Notes under the pieces: model-generated
Databases searched by the model: none
Told to the model about the DNA's origin: nothing
The model's input: only the letters and a program-made list of their open reading frames with translations
Shown here: one piece after another, positions 9,202 to 19,091 of the stretch
Layout of the letters: every line of letters starts with the position of its first letter
Numbering within the stretch: the stretch's first letter is position 1
Program-made: the position numbers and the translations under genes
From: a virus
Lineage: Duplodnaviria; Caudoviricetes
IMG/VR virus record: IMGVR_UViG_3300012663_000565
Span: 1-54,272 of that record
Length of the DNA stretch: 54,272 nt
Direction: 5' to 3' (one strand)

Positions 9202-9801
9202 TTAAGATGAAAATGGTAGTCTATGTACCCAGGATGTAAGAATCCATTTTTCGCCAGATATCGGAGGTAATCCGGCATGTTTAGTTTTTTCATTTAGCTC
9301 GTATATGTATTTGTAGTCAAAAAATATCATAGACCCTTTTTTTGGTTTAACTTTGATACCAATAAGAGGGAAATCAGTTTCTCCGCCTTCTTCTACGTCA
9401 TTTAAATATATTATACAAGTTGCTATTCTATCATTATCGTAAGTGTGTATATGTGGAAAATTAAAAAAATCCCAGTGGTGCTTGTACTGTTGTCCTATAG
9501 CATAATGTTGTATTTGCGGAGTTTCAAAATTTGTAGTGTCAAATTTTAAAAAATAAAATTCTTCTCTAATTGCTCGATAGTTTGCTATTGTTGCAAATGT
9601 AAATTCTTGCAGTGAATCATAGTATGTACTACTAGTACGATGTTCCGTTAGCCTCGACCCTTTAGTGTCAAAATCGTATCCCATGCTTGGCTGTAATTTT
9701 TCACGAGTACGATCAATAATAAAATCGCATTGCTCGTGGGTTAATACATTGTGATAAAGGATAACTTTTGGTTCGTTAAATAATCTTTGCTTTGATGCCA
9801 T
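9202..9801 (-). CDS. 2OG-Fe(II) oxygenase, prolyl 4-hydroxylase (P4Hc) type
   Basis: LTHEQC, RTS, QIQHYAIGQQYKHHWD (HxD), RIATCIIYLNDVEEGGETDFP, VKPKKG, HAGLP, GEKW. Start set at ATG 9801, just after the upstream stop. Confidence 0.85.
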   Translation of the reverse strand: MASKQRLFNEPKVILYHNVLTHEQCDFIIDRTREKLQPSMGYDFDTKGSRLTEHRTSSTYYDSLQEFTFATIANYRAIREEFYFLKFDTTNFETPQIQHYAIGQQYKHHWDFFNFPHIHTYDNDRIATCIIYLNDVEEGGETDFPLIGIKVKPKKGSMIFFDYKYIYELNEKTKHAGLPPISGEKWILTSWVHRLPFSS

Positions 9802-9808
9802 ACCGCTG

Positions 9809-12427
9809 TTAGAAGCCGCCGCCGCCGTCAGGTGCAGGCGGTGGTGCTTCATATGGCGTGGCGGTTACTGTAACAGTTCTAGTGTTTCCTGAAGGGAATG
9901 TGAATATAATATCAAACGTTCCGGCACCATTTAAAGGGTACGGAAATGTAGCATTTCCTGACGAATTTAAAACATGACTAGTCCCATAGTTAGTTGTAAC
10001 GGTGCCGCCGGCAAAGCCGCCAGTTAATGTAAATGTAGGTGTAAATGATGGCGGGCCATCTCCGTCGTCTACAATTGGACCACTTGTTGGAGATACAGTA
10101 GCTGTTTCGTTATACCTGCGTTGACGATAGAAAAAACTCTTAGTAGTTGGTGATGAATCAACTGCAAAGTTATATACAAATGACCCTGCCGGATTAGCTC
10201 CAAACGGCCCTGTACAGTCAATGTTAACAATTGCAAATGTAGTACCAGGGTTTGACAAATTAAAGTTTAGGCCGCCATCGGCACCAGTAGTAGTGTTAGA
10301 CGGATCTGAAAATAGTTTTCTTACATTTACAATGCCTGAACCGCTGGTACAGTTTATAGTAAACTGTGCTGTTGAAGTAGCATTAGTTGCACCAATAAAC
10401 GCCTCTTGAGTCGTAGGAGTTACTGTATATTCAAACGGAGGTGCTACCGGAGGGCTAGCATTTGCTGAGAATGTTACTGTTTGAGCAGTAGCTCGAACTG
10501 GCCCACTAGTAGATCCAGTATGTATTCGTACAATGAGTGTTCTATCTGTTAAGAATTGTGCATCATTACGAACTGTTCTAACAAGTGTGGCACTGTTACT
10601 TGTAACTCCGATAGTGCCACTATTAGCGCCGTCAGTGAAATCGCCAGCAACAGTAGTGCCGCCGTTGGTCCAGTACAATGCACCGTCAGCAAAATTAGTT
10701 GTGTTTATAGTGTAAGTTACTTCTAGTCCGTTAACTGTACGACTAACTGAATATGTTGCAGGTGGAGGCGGTGGATCTGGGGTCGGTATTGGAGGAATAA
10801 CAATCGGAGGTGGAGTTTGACTCGAATCTTGTAACTGCACTGGTAATGCAGTAGCAACTATTGGGCCGCTAATAGATCCAGTACGCAACTCGATAATAAT
10901 TGTTTCATCTCCGCCTGGTTCAGTTAACAAATCAGCTTTAGGATACAATGTAATTGTACCAGAGTTAGAAGTAATTGGTACTATTCCGCTATTATTGCCG
11001 CCGGCAAAGTCTACGCCTTGAGCAGTTCCACTGTTTGTCCAATATAGATTACCATCTGGAAAATTAGTAGTTGTTACTGCCCAAGTGCAAGTAGTGGTTT
11101 CTGTAGCAAAGAATTGGCTAGGAACAATATTATACCCTAACGACTTAGAACTATCTAATACGGATACCGTAGCAGCAGTTGCTACTACCGGGCCGCTGGT
11201 AGATCCAGTACGTAACTGAATAATAATTGTTTCAGTACCTTCTGTTGTAAAATCGTTAACAATATTTTTTGTAAAAGAACCGATATTTCCGTTAACTGAA
11301 ACAGAACCGCTGTTGAGCCCATCAGTAAAGTCAGTGCTAGATACAGTACCAGAATTAGTCCAGTATAGTGTACCGTTTCCAAAATTAGCAGTAGAAATAT
11401 TAAACGTAACAGGAGTGCCTTCGTCCATAACCGAAACACTTGGGGTAATCTGATAAACAGGATTCACGGGTGGAGATGGAACTGTTCCAAATCCTGATTG
11501 TTCAACAGTAGGTGCAGTAACTGATACATACGGGCCCGATGGTTTTAAAACTTCAAGGGTGCTAGTTAATATTCCTGTTACAAATTCATCTACACCAAAA
11601 GGTCCAAATAGTCCGTACAATGTAGTATTAGGGTTCGGTGAATCATCTCGCCATTGTATAGAAAAAATAATTTGTGTGTTAGCATTGGCTAACCTTGCAA
11701 AAATTCTAAATTTATTATCAGAGTATGTTGTGCCCGGAGCAAGTTGTTCAAATATTAATTGATCCGAGGTGGTTAACTGTGCCCAACCAATATTGCTTGT
11801 TGTGCCGGTTGTACCACTTCTACTAGTAGTTTCTCGAGTTAGAGAAATTTTACCCATAGAATTTAACATAGTAGTCCATGTGGCATTTTTTAAACTGTAA
11901 CTAGCATCGCCGGCATCGTTGGCTCTACTTGAGCTAATACGTAATGAGCCGCCAGCATTAAAAAAATATCTAGCTTGAGTAGTATTAGAAAATGTTGCTG
12001 TTACTGTTTGAGTAATTTGTGTGTTCCATTGACTTAAATTAGTTGCTACTAATGGAATAACATCTATCTGAGTATCTGGAGGGGTAACTAGTCTATTAGT
12101 AATTGCGTTTTCCGCAACTGACAAATATTGCGCACGGTCTGCTTCTGTTATAGTTACGCTAGTTAACGGTGTTGTTAAGATTGCCGAAACATCAGCATTT
12201 TGATGATACCGGCATCGCAATAAATCGTTTCTTAAATTTATCCACTGAGTAGTTGATATTTTTGCAAATTGCGACACTTGACTGCTAGAAGCAGTCTGCC
12301 CATAACCAAAAGTACTATCAGCAAGATCAGTAGCAGGGTTTGTTCCGCCGGCACCGAGCACAGCAGCAACCCGTTTTTGGATTGCATTATAATCGTCTGC
12401 TATAATCTTTGAACCTTTACCTGGCAT
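9809..12427 (-). CDS. Virion fibre/appendage protein with Calx-beta/Ig-like repeats and Pro-rich linkers
   Basis: The N-terminal ~300 aa are paralogous to 12489-15599. Three repeats of T.NF..G.LYWTN.GT...DF..G.NSG; polyproline tracts. Confidence 0.65.
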   Translation of the reverse strand: MPGKGSKIIADDYNAIQKRVAAVLGAGGTNPATDLADSTFGYGQTASSSQVSQFAKISTTQWINLRNDLLRCRYHQNADVSAILTTPLTSVTITEADRAQYLSVAENAITNRLVTPPDTQIDVIPLVATNLSQWNTQITQTVTATFSNTTQARYFFNAGGSLRISSSRANDAGDASYSLKNATWTTMLNSMGKISLTRETTSRSGTTGTTSNIGWAQLTTSDQLIFEQLAPGTTYSDNKFRIFARLANANTQIIFSIQWRDDSPNPNTTLYGLFGPFGVDEFVTGILTSTLEVLKPSGPYVSVTAPTVEQSGFGTVPSPPVNPVYQITPSVSVMDEGTPVTFNISTANFGNGTLYWTNSGTVSSTDFTDGLNSGSVSVNGNIGSFTKNIVNDFTTEGTETIIIQLRTGSTSGPVVATAATVSVLDSSKSLGYNIVPSQFFATETTTCTWAVTTTNFPDGNLYWTNSGTAQGVDFAGGNNSGIVPITSNSGTITLYPKADLLTEPGGDETIIIELRTGSISGPIVATALPVQLQDSSQTPPPIVIPPIPTPDPPPPPATYSVSRTVNGLEVTYTINTTNFADGALYWTNGGTTVAGDFTDGANSGTIGVTSNSATLVRTVRNDAQFLTDRTLIVRIHTGSTSGPVRATAQTVTFSANASPPVAPPFEYTVTPTTQEAFIGATNATSTAQFTINCTSGSGIVNVRKLFSDPSNTTTGADGGLNFNLSNPGTTFAIVNIDCTGPFGANPAGSFVYNFAVDSSPTTKSFFYRQRRYNETATVSPTSGPIVDDGDGPPSFTPTFTLTGGFAGGTVTTNYGTSHVLNSSGNATFPYPLNGAGTFDIIFTFPSGNTRTVTVTATPYEAPPPAPDGGGGF

Positions 12428-12455
12428 TATTGTCCTTTTTATTCATGATGTATTT

Positions 12456-12486
12456 AACAGGAGTTAAAACCTAACTCCTGTTTTTT
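12456..12486. terminator. Intergenic 11-bp hairpin, possibly a bidirectional terminator
   Basis: AACAGGAGTTA-AAACC-TAACTCCTGTT, followed by a T-run on the + strand. Confidence 0.6.
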
Positions 12487-12488
12487 GA

Positions 12489-15400
12489 TTACCAAGTAAT
12501 AGTTAAAACACCATCGCCGCCGTCAGTTGGTGTACGGGCACTATTTGGACCGCCACCTAAGCCGCCGTTGCCGCCAGTAACAGCACCCTGGTTTCCAGTA
12601 CTAGGCAGTGATTTAACCCAGCCGGTTGGTAATGGACTACTTAACCCTCTAGAACCAGAAAATCCACCGTTGTCGCCGCTTCGACATTGACCGCCAAGGC
12701 CGCCAAATTGGCCGCCACCGCCACCGCCACCGCCGCCGCCGTCAGTGCCTCTTGGTTTAAATTCTCCGGCAGTTCCAGAAGTTCCGTTGCTATAAGATTC
12801 AGCTGATAGGTATTGCCCTGGAGAACTATTGCCGCCACCGCCGCCTCCACCACCACCGCATGCAACTGCAATAAGCGTATTGTTTAATCGTAGTGATGTG
12901 GCGCCTCCGCCACCGCCACCGCCACCAGATACTCCAACGTCGCCAGCAGCCCCGCCAAAGCCGCCCGGACCTGCTCCAATAGATTGAGTTCCGCCACCTG
13001 CGCCGCCGCCTTCACCGGTACTTGGCATGCCTCGACGACCACGTGCGCCAACACTGAATGTTAGAACATCTCCAGCAGTCACTGGAAGAGTTCCACTAAG
13101 TTGATCTCCAGGATAACCATCTGCGCCGGCTAATCTATCATTTCCACCGCCACCGCCACCGCCGCCAATTAATACTAGGCTAACTGATGTAGTGCCTGCT
13201 GGTACAATCCATGTTTGTTGAGTGCTAGTAGGAGATATTGTTAATGTTCCGCTTGTTGGCGGAGTAACAGGGGGTGTAACAGGAGGTGCAACCCTAGCTT
13301 GTGTATGAGTATGTGACAACCCTGTTGGGCCGCCCGCTATAGCTGCTTGGAATACATAAGTAAACGAATCGCTGATACTCGAATTTATTGCAGATGTTGC
13401 TGTAAAGTCAATTGTTTGTGAATTTCCACTACTTATAAAGAAAGAATTTGGAGCAAATGCAGTAGTGCTACCTGCAGGCTTAATTCCATTAGCTATCGTA
13501 ACAATTCCGCTACCTGCTGTACAAGTTACAGTAAAAGATCCCGTAGTTGTTTGGGCCGCTGTTGTTCTACTAATTGACTGAGAACTAGTTGCCGGACTAA
13601 GAGTAATAGTAGGAACAGGAGGCGGTGGAGGAGGTGCTGCAATCGATAGTGACGTACTAGCTGTTCCAGTTAATCCGGTAGGATCTGTTGCTCGTACTGT
13701 AAAATTAACACTTCCCGAAGTTGTAGGAGTTCCAGTAAAATTACCGTTTGCTAATAGTGATACACCATTTGGTAATGTTCCAGATAGTAGGGCATACGTG
13801 TAAGGAGCAGTTCCGCCTGTGGCAGTCACGTTAGTTCCCGGATTAACCGGAATGCCTACTTGATACGATGATAGCTTAACAAAGGCTAATGTTAGTGCAG
13901 GGCGAGCGGCAACTGTCCAAGTAACTGCTCCTAGTAAAGACTGTCCTGTTGTATCAGTAACGTTTAATTGGAATGTTCCAGTACCTACAGCAGACGGAGT
14001 TCCTGATAAAGTTACTGTTGATACTCCTGCTAAACTAGAAAAGTTTGCACCAGTTGGCCATACACCAGTAGGGCTAAATGTGTACGGGCCAATTCCACCA
14101 GTTACACCAAATGTAACACTTAATGGGTTTGCTTCTGTTGCGCTAAAAGTAGTCGGTGATATTGCTGATAGTAACGGAGGAACTATTACTGTATAAGTTC
14201 TTGATGCCGTATATAATTCAGCATCAGTGGCAGTTACCGTAAATGTATAACTACCTGCAGTTGTTGGGGTTCCTGAAATTACACCGGTTGTAGATATTGT
14301 CAGGCCTGGCGGCAATCCGGTAGGAACACTGAAAACATAGGGCGTTGCGCCGCCACTAGCTGTAATAGTTGTAGTAAACGGTTGTGAAATTACAGGTAAA
14401 TTTGGTAACGTTGCAGGAGATACTGTGATTGTTCTAATACTAGTAGTAACTGTGTAAGTTCTCGATGCAGTAAAGTTATTGCTATCTGTTGAAGATATGT
14501 AAAAAGTATATGTTGCAGCAGTTGTTGGTGTGCCGCTTAATACACCAAGTTGACTTAATGATAAGCCAGCTGGTATAGTGCCAGTATAATTATATATGTA
14601 AGGACTTGCGCCGCCAGTTGTAATCAATGTTGTTGAAGTAGGAGTACCAACTTGCATATCTGGAATAGTGGTAGGACTAATAGATATAACTGGTGCGAGT
14701 CCGCCACCGATGCCAGAGGTACTAGCAGCTGGAGCGGGAACTGAAACATTATTACCCGAAGCACGATAAACTTGAACAATACTATTTAAAGTGCCGTCAA
14801 CATCTTCGTCTATAAGTTGCACAGATTGATCACTAAATCGTATAGTGAATACTAGTACATTAGGCTGAGGGCGTTTTGCAAAAATAAAATACCTATTGTC
14901 GGCATAGTCGCCTGCAGGAGCATTTTTTTGAAAAATTAGTTGGTCTTCTGTTAATAGCTGATACCATCCAATGCTTGTACTAGCTACTCCAGTTCCGGTA
15001 TTAGTTGTTGAATTATAGTTAAACGCAATAACGCCCATGCCGCTCGACGGCGGAGATGAAAACATCGAAGTCCATGTATTATTTTTACTATTATTAGTGC
15101 CGCCAAAGCGTTCTGCACTAAATTCTATTTGACTGCCAGAATTAAAAAAATACCTTGCAGCATCTGCATTAGGGAAAGTGACTGTGATAGTATGAGTAAC
15201 GACTCCGTTCCATGGAGAAGTACGTTGTTGGACAGGAACTAATGCTTCTCGTGTTGCTTGGTTAATTGGCGGCTTTATTAGTCTATTCGATGCTAATGTA
15301 ATTTCGTCTGCCATTTGTGCATATGCAAGACGATCTGCATCGGTAATATTAATTGATTTGGTTGGTAATGTTAACGCTGAATTTAGATCGCTACCTGTTT

Positions 15401-15599
15401 GATGCTGCCGTGCTTTTAATAAATCTGTTTTTAAATTTGTCCACTGCGCTACTGTAATATTAGATCGAATAGGTACTTGACTACTTAATACTGGCTGGCC
15501 ATATCCTGTTGTTTCTAACCCGGTGCCTAAGACCAATGCAACTTTTGATTGGATTGAATTATAATCAGTTGCTAAAATTAACGAATTTTGTCCTGCCAT
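12489..15599 (-). CDS. Virion fibre/appendage protein with He_PIG-like Ig repeats and a Gly-rich C-terminal domain
   Basis: Four repeats of GG..PY.....G..P.G.......SGTPT..G...F....TD, a PPPPPPP linker and a glycine-rich C-terminus. Confidence 0.7.
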   Translation of the reverse strand: MAGQNSLILATDYNSIQSKVALVLGTGLETTGYGQPVLSSQVPIRSNITVAQWTNLKTDLLKARQHQTGSDLNSALTLPTKSINITDADRLAYAQMADEITLASNRLIKPPINQATREALVPVQQRTSPWNGVVTHTITVTFPNADAARYFFNSGSQIEFSAERFGGTNNSKNNTWTSMFSSPPSSGMGVIAFNYNSTTNTGTGVASTSIGWYQLLTEDQLIFQKNAPAGDYADNRYFIFAKRPQPNVLVFTIRFSDQSVQLIDEDVDGTLNSIVQVYRASGNNVSVPAPAASTSGIGGGLAPVISISPTTIPDMQVGTPTSTTLITTGGASPYIYNYTGTIPAGLSLSQLGVLSGTPTTAATYTFYISSTDSNNFTASRTYTVTTSIRTITVSPATLPNLPVISQPFTTTITASGGATPYVFSVPTGLPPGLTISTTGVISGTPTTAGSYTFTVTATDAELYTASRTYTVIVPPLLSAISPTTFSATEANPLSVTFGVTGGIGPYTFSPTGVWPTGANFSSLAGVSTVTLSGTPSAVGTGTFQLNVTDTTGQSLLGAVTWTVAARPALTLAFVKLSSYQVGIPVNPGTNVTATGGTAPYTYALLSGTLPNGVSLLANGNFTGTPTTSGSVNFTVRATDPTGLTGTASTSLSIAAPPPPPPVPTITLSPATSSQSISRTTAAQTTTGSFTVTCTAGSGIVTIANGIKPAGSTTAFAPNSFFISSGNSQTIDFTATSAINSSISDSFTYVFQAAIAGGPTGLSHTHTQARVAPPVTPPVTPPTSGTLTISPTSTQQTWIVPAGTTSVSLVLIGGGGGGGGNDRLAGADGYPGDQLSGTLPVTAGDVLTFSVGARGRRGMPSTGEGGGAGGGTQSIGAGPGGFGGAAGDVGVSGGGGGGGGATSLRLNNTLIAVACGGGGGGGGGNSSPGQYLSAESYSNGTSGTAGEFKPRGTDGGGGGGGGGGQFGGLGGQCRSGDNGGFSGSRGLSSPLPTGWVKSLPSTGNQGAVTGGNGGLGGGPNSARTPTDGGDGVLTITW

Positions 15600-15626
15600 T
15601 TGATGTTGTCCTTTGTATACCTGTGG

Positions 15627-15634
15627 TATTTATA
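15627..15634 (-). promoter_or_regulatory. T4-type late promoter
   Basis: Exact TATAAATA on the minus strand, about 28 nt upstream of ATG 15599. Confidence 0.75.
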
Positions 15635-17161
15635 TTATAAAATTACGCATTCTACTAGTTTAATACCGGCAACATCACTAGATTCTAGTGCAATAGCAAA
15701 TACATCGGCTGTGTTACCCATAGCTGCTTGAGCAGTGCCAGCAGGGCCAGCGACCAATCGCTGTCCTTTTATAACATTTCCAATTACTTTTACTGGAACT
15801 CGACCTTTAAGAGCAACCGCAGTACCGCCAGCTAGTTCGCTATTCATTAAATACGCTGGTTTTTCAGATATTGCACCCAATGCACGGAAGCCTACTTGCG
15901 CAGCAGTAATTTCTTGTTCTCCGCCTACCATAACAACTGTGCCAACTTCGTATTCAGCATCGGCTAAGTAGTTTTCTGCCAAGTCGGCATAGTTAGCTGA
16001 CGTTGCTGTACCAACAAAGTAAGACGCTCTAATTGCACCAACTGGAATTGAAACTCCGTTGTTATCAAAAATTGCATCGGTCCGTACTACAACGGTACCA
16101 GAGCTAGTTACAGAACTTGCAGCTCGGTAATCACCGGCACCCAATTTTAAGGTATCTGCTTTAGTTGCAGCTCCAAAAAATGTGTTAGCATATACTGTAC
16201 CAAACGGAATTAATGCTGTTCCAATATTTGATGTGCCTGCTAATTCAGTTTCAAGGTTTGAACCGTTAATAATTAACGGAGTTTTTACCTGACTACTAAC
16301 TTTTGTTTTAAAGTAAATTTTTTCGCCTAACTGATTATCAATAAATCCCCAGTTACTACTGTCAGTATAAACACGAAGTTTAGTACCTACTGTAAATCCG
16401 ATATCCGCAAAGTTAACTACTCCGTCAAATGACGCATTACCTTTTTCAACATATCCTGCACGACCTAAGCCACCTAATTTAATAGCATTAGATGAAGTGC
16501 CCCAGAATCTGTGGGTTGTATCTGCACCAGAAGTAACTCCGTCATCTCCAGTGTTGTATAATGTAACACCTTGATGTATCTTGTTTGTAAAACCTGCAAT
16601 AGGGTTAGTAACAGAATCTAACGTCCATTCTCCGTCGGCACTAATAATAAAAATAGTAACACCGTTCGCAACAGCTTCAATAATTGCATGAGTTCCGCCA
16701 ATAGAATCACGTACCGTACGCGATCGCATTTGTGTAGTTGCTTGTCCGGCGGCACTTTGCGGGCCTACTAGTACAAATCCAGGTACGTTTGCGCCGGCGC
16801 CATTTTCTGACCAAGCAAACAACTGTTTATTAATAGTATCAAACCAAAAATCGCCCTCAGTTAATCCAGTTGGGGGAGTATCACTAATTTCTGATCCGCC
16901 AGTAGTACGAAATTTAGAACCATCATAGAATTTTAGTTTTCCGCCGTTAGTAGAATCATACCATAACTGCCCGCTAATTGGACGTGGGGGAGGGTTGTTA
17001 TTAGCAAAATTCTCTAATAAGTACAAGAAATTTTCGTTCTGTACCTCGCCGTAGCCGGCATAATTTTTACCAATTATTTTAAGATCAGTAGTATTATCAA
17101 TTGTTCCGTCGGCAACTGTTGCAATTAGTGTACCGCTGTATTTGTTTATGGCGTATGGCAT
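15635..17161 (-). CDS. Tail fibre-like protein with C-terminal autocleaving intramolecular chaperone (peptidase G2/IMC-like)
   Basis: N-terminal GKNYAGYGE..NENFLYLLENFA...GQLWYD; C-terminal YADLAE...PAYLMN...ALKGRVPVKV. Confidence 0.7.
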   Translation of the reverse strand: MPYAINKYSGTLIATVADGTIDNTTDLKIIGKNYAGYGEVQNENFLYLLENFANNNPPPRPISGQLWYDSTNGGKLKFYDGSKFRTTGGSEISDTPPTGLTEGDFWFDTINKQLFAWSENGAGANVPGFVLVGPQSAAGQATTQMRSRTVRDSIGGTHAIIEAVANGVTIFIISADGEWTLDSVTNPIAGFTNKIHQGVTLYNTGDDGVTSGADTTHRFWGTSSNAIKLGGLGRAGYVEKGNASFDGVVNFADIGFTVGTKLRVYTDSSNWGFIDNQLGEKIYFKTKVSSQVKTPLIINGSNLETELAGTSNIGTALIPFGTVYANTFFGAATKADTLKLGAGDYRAASSVTSSGTVVVRTDAIFDNNGVSIPVGAIRASYFVGTATSANYADLAENYLADAEYEVGTVVMVGGEQEITAAQVGFRALGAISEKPAYLMNSELAGGTAVALKGRVPVKVIGNVIKGQRLVAGPAGTAQAAMGNTADVFAIALESSDVAGIKLVECVIL

Positions 17162-17183
17162 TTCCGTTATTCCTTAGTTCTAG

Positions 17184-17190
17184 TATTTAT
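17184..17190 (-). promoter_or_regulatory. Late promoter-like box
   Basis: ATAAATA on the minus strand in the intergenic gap upstream of ATG 17161. Confidence 0.6.
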
Positions 17191-17201
17191 TTTATTTTAG
17201 C

Positions 17202-19091
17202 TTACAAATTGAACTGGAAAGTCCAAGTTCCGCTAATTAACTTAAATTGTTTAGCTACATCCGTGTCAATACACCAAATACGGCAAATTGCATCGTCTTG
17301 ATGTTCATTAACTGGCATCATTAGTGTTACTATATTAGCAGCAATATAGCTATCACTGAGAGAGCCTTGATTAATTGAAAAACTTGTGGCCGCTGTTTTA
17401 ACGGCATAATTCATTGTTTGTAAATTTACAGCATCAGTATCATCTTCTGGGTCTTGTATACTTGTAATTCTGCTACTACTAACATCCACAGTACCTAGGC
17501 CTTTTGGTACAAAGGTTATATTTCCGTTAGTTTCGTTTAGATTTTGATAGGTAATTGTGCTATTAGCAACGTATAAGTTACTAACTGTTAAATTAGTAAG
17601 AGAGCCTACACTTGACAACCCAGGAGCACTGTTAATTCCTGAACCTAAACTGTTTTGACTTAACACTGTAAAACCATTAATCATGTAAGTTTTACTGCTA
17701 GCAATATTAAAGTTCTCTGAACTTCGCCATGCATCATTAGAATTAGTCCAAGTGATGGTCTTATTAGTAGTTCCGCGAAGTAAAATGCCGCCGCCGTCAG
17801 CAGTAATGTCTGTTACACCGCCTGCGCTAAAATTAATTGCCCCGGATGCATTTGCAGATTCTGATGTTATTGTAATTTCGTCAGTGCCGTCGATACTTAC
17901 AATTATTGGATTATCGCCGAAGTCGCCAGGGCCTGCTATTTGAGTAAGAGCAGCACCCGGAATTAGTCCAACAACACTACTAAGACCAGTTATAGTAGTA
18001 GTTGTAGCATTGGAGGTAACTGTACCTGTCACAGACAACACCGCAGATGTACTACCTAATTCTACCAATTTGTCTTCAATAACTAAATTTGTAGAATTAA
18101 TTGTTGATGTTAATCCCTCAACTGTTAAATTACCAGTAACTCGCACATCGCCGTTAACATCTAATGTTGCCTGAGGTGAGTCTGTATAAATTCCAACGTG
18201 TTTATCTGCAGAATTAATATAAAAACTAGTAGGATTCTCTGGGCTAATTAGACTTTTAATTTCAAAATTTTGTCCCGACGCATTTGATTCGATTGAAAAC
18301 TTATCACTAGTAACATTGATTTGACTGCTAGAACTTTGTCCAAGTATTAATGGAACACTATTTTGAATAATGATCGAACCAACACCGGTAGTTGTAGTAT
18401 CAGTTGACGATAAAAAACTGCTAGTTGTTTTAAACTCACCGGTTGGAGATACTAACGAGTCTGCTTGGGTAGCAGGAACATTAAACTTAACACCGGCCCA
18501 TGAGCTGGCATTAAAACCAATTCTAACAGGAACTCTGTTATTATCAGTGTCATAACCAGTGATAGCTTTCAACGGAGTAAATGCATTTTTACTAAACAAT
18601 CCAAGAAGTACTTGTCCAACATATAGAAAAACTACAGGATGAGTTACATTGTTAGTGTCAATTATGTCATTAACTTGAAACCCAGACACTCCTTGTTGCG
18701 CAGTATATATTGGGCCTGCTAGTAAAGATGCCGTGCCGTCATTATAATACATTTGTTGGCGCAAACTATCTATCCAAACATCGCCTCGGGTAAACGAACT
18801 AGGAATAGTATTAGCAACAATTGTGCCGCCAGATACTTTCCACCCTGTGCCATCATATACTTTTAAGCGGCCGTCTCCGGTATCGTACCATAATTGCCCT
18901 TGCTGAGGACGGGCAGGAGTTGATGTGTTGGCAAAATTCTCTAATAATTTTACAAAGTTTTCATTTATTAATTCACCGTATGAACTAGAATTCTTTCCAA
19001 ATAAAGTAAGATCAGTAGAAACCTGATCAATTGTACCATCAACAACTTCTGTTAGTACATCACCGTTTGTTTTGTTTATGATATAACTCAT
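17202..19091 (-). CDS. Tail fibre/baseplate-attached structural protein
   Basis: Shares the N-terminal GKN...YGE..NENF..LLENFA...GQLWYD module with its neighbours; beta-rich, Ser/Thr/Gly-rich. Confidence 0.65.
   Translation of the reverse strand: MSYIINKTNGDVLTEVVDGTIDQVSTDLTLFGKNSSSYGELINENFVKLLENFANTSTPARPQQGQLWYDTGDGRLKVYDGTGWKVSGGTIVANTIPSSFTRGDVWIDSLRQQMYYNDGTASLLAGPIYTAQQGVSGFQVNDIIDTNNVTHPVVFLYVGQVLLGLFSKNAFTPLKAITGYDTDNNRVPVRIGFNASSWAGVKFNVPATQADSLVSPTGEFKTTSSFLSSTDTTTTGVGSIIIQNSVPLILGQSSSSQINVTSDKFSIESNASGQNFEIKSLISPENPTSFYINSADKHVGIYTDSPQATLDVNGDVRVTGNLTVEGLTSTINSTNLVIEDKLVELGSTSAVLSVTGTVTSNATTTTITGLSSVVGLIPGAALTQIAGPGDFGDNPIIVSIDGTDEITITSESANASGAINFSAGGVTDITADGGGILLRGTTNKTITWTNSNDAWRSSENFNIASSKTYMINGFTVLSQNSLGSGINSAPGLSSVGSLTNLTVSNLYVANSTITYQNLNETNGNITFVPKGLGTVDVSSSRITSIQDPEDDTDAVNLQTMNYAVKTAATSFSINQGSLSDSYIAANIVTLMMPVNEHQDDAICRIWCIDTDVAKQFKLISGTWTFQFNL

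Noticed and set aside
9202-9801. Oxygenase as a TET/JBP DNA-base hydroxylase working with the GTs and thyX
   Set aside because: The motif pattern (YLNDVEEGGET.FP, GEKW) is P4Hc-like, and no DNA methyltransferase is adjacent. It is kept only as an alternative hypothesis.
12500-13200. GC-rich segment with (CCG/CCA)n runs, as a foreign island or microsatellite
   Set aside because: It is fully explained by Gly codons of the glycine-rich fibre tip on the minus strand.
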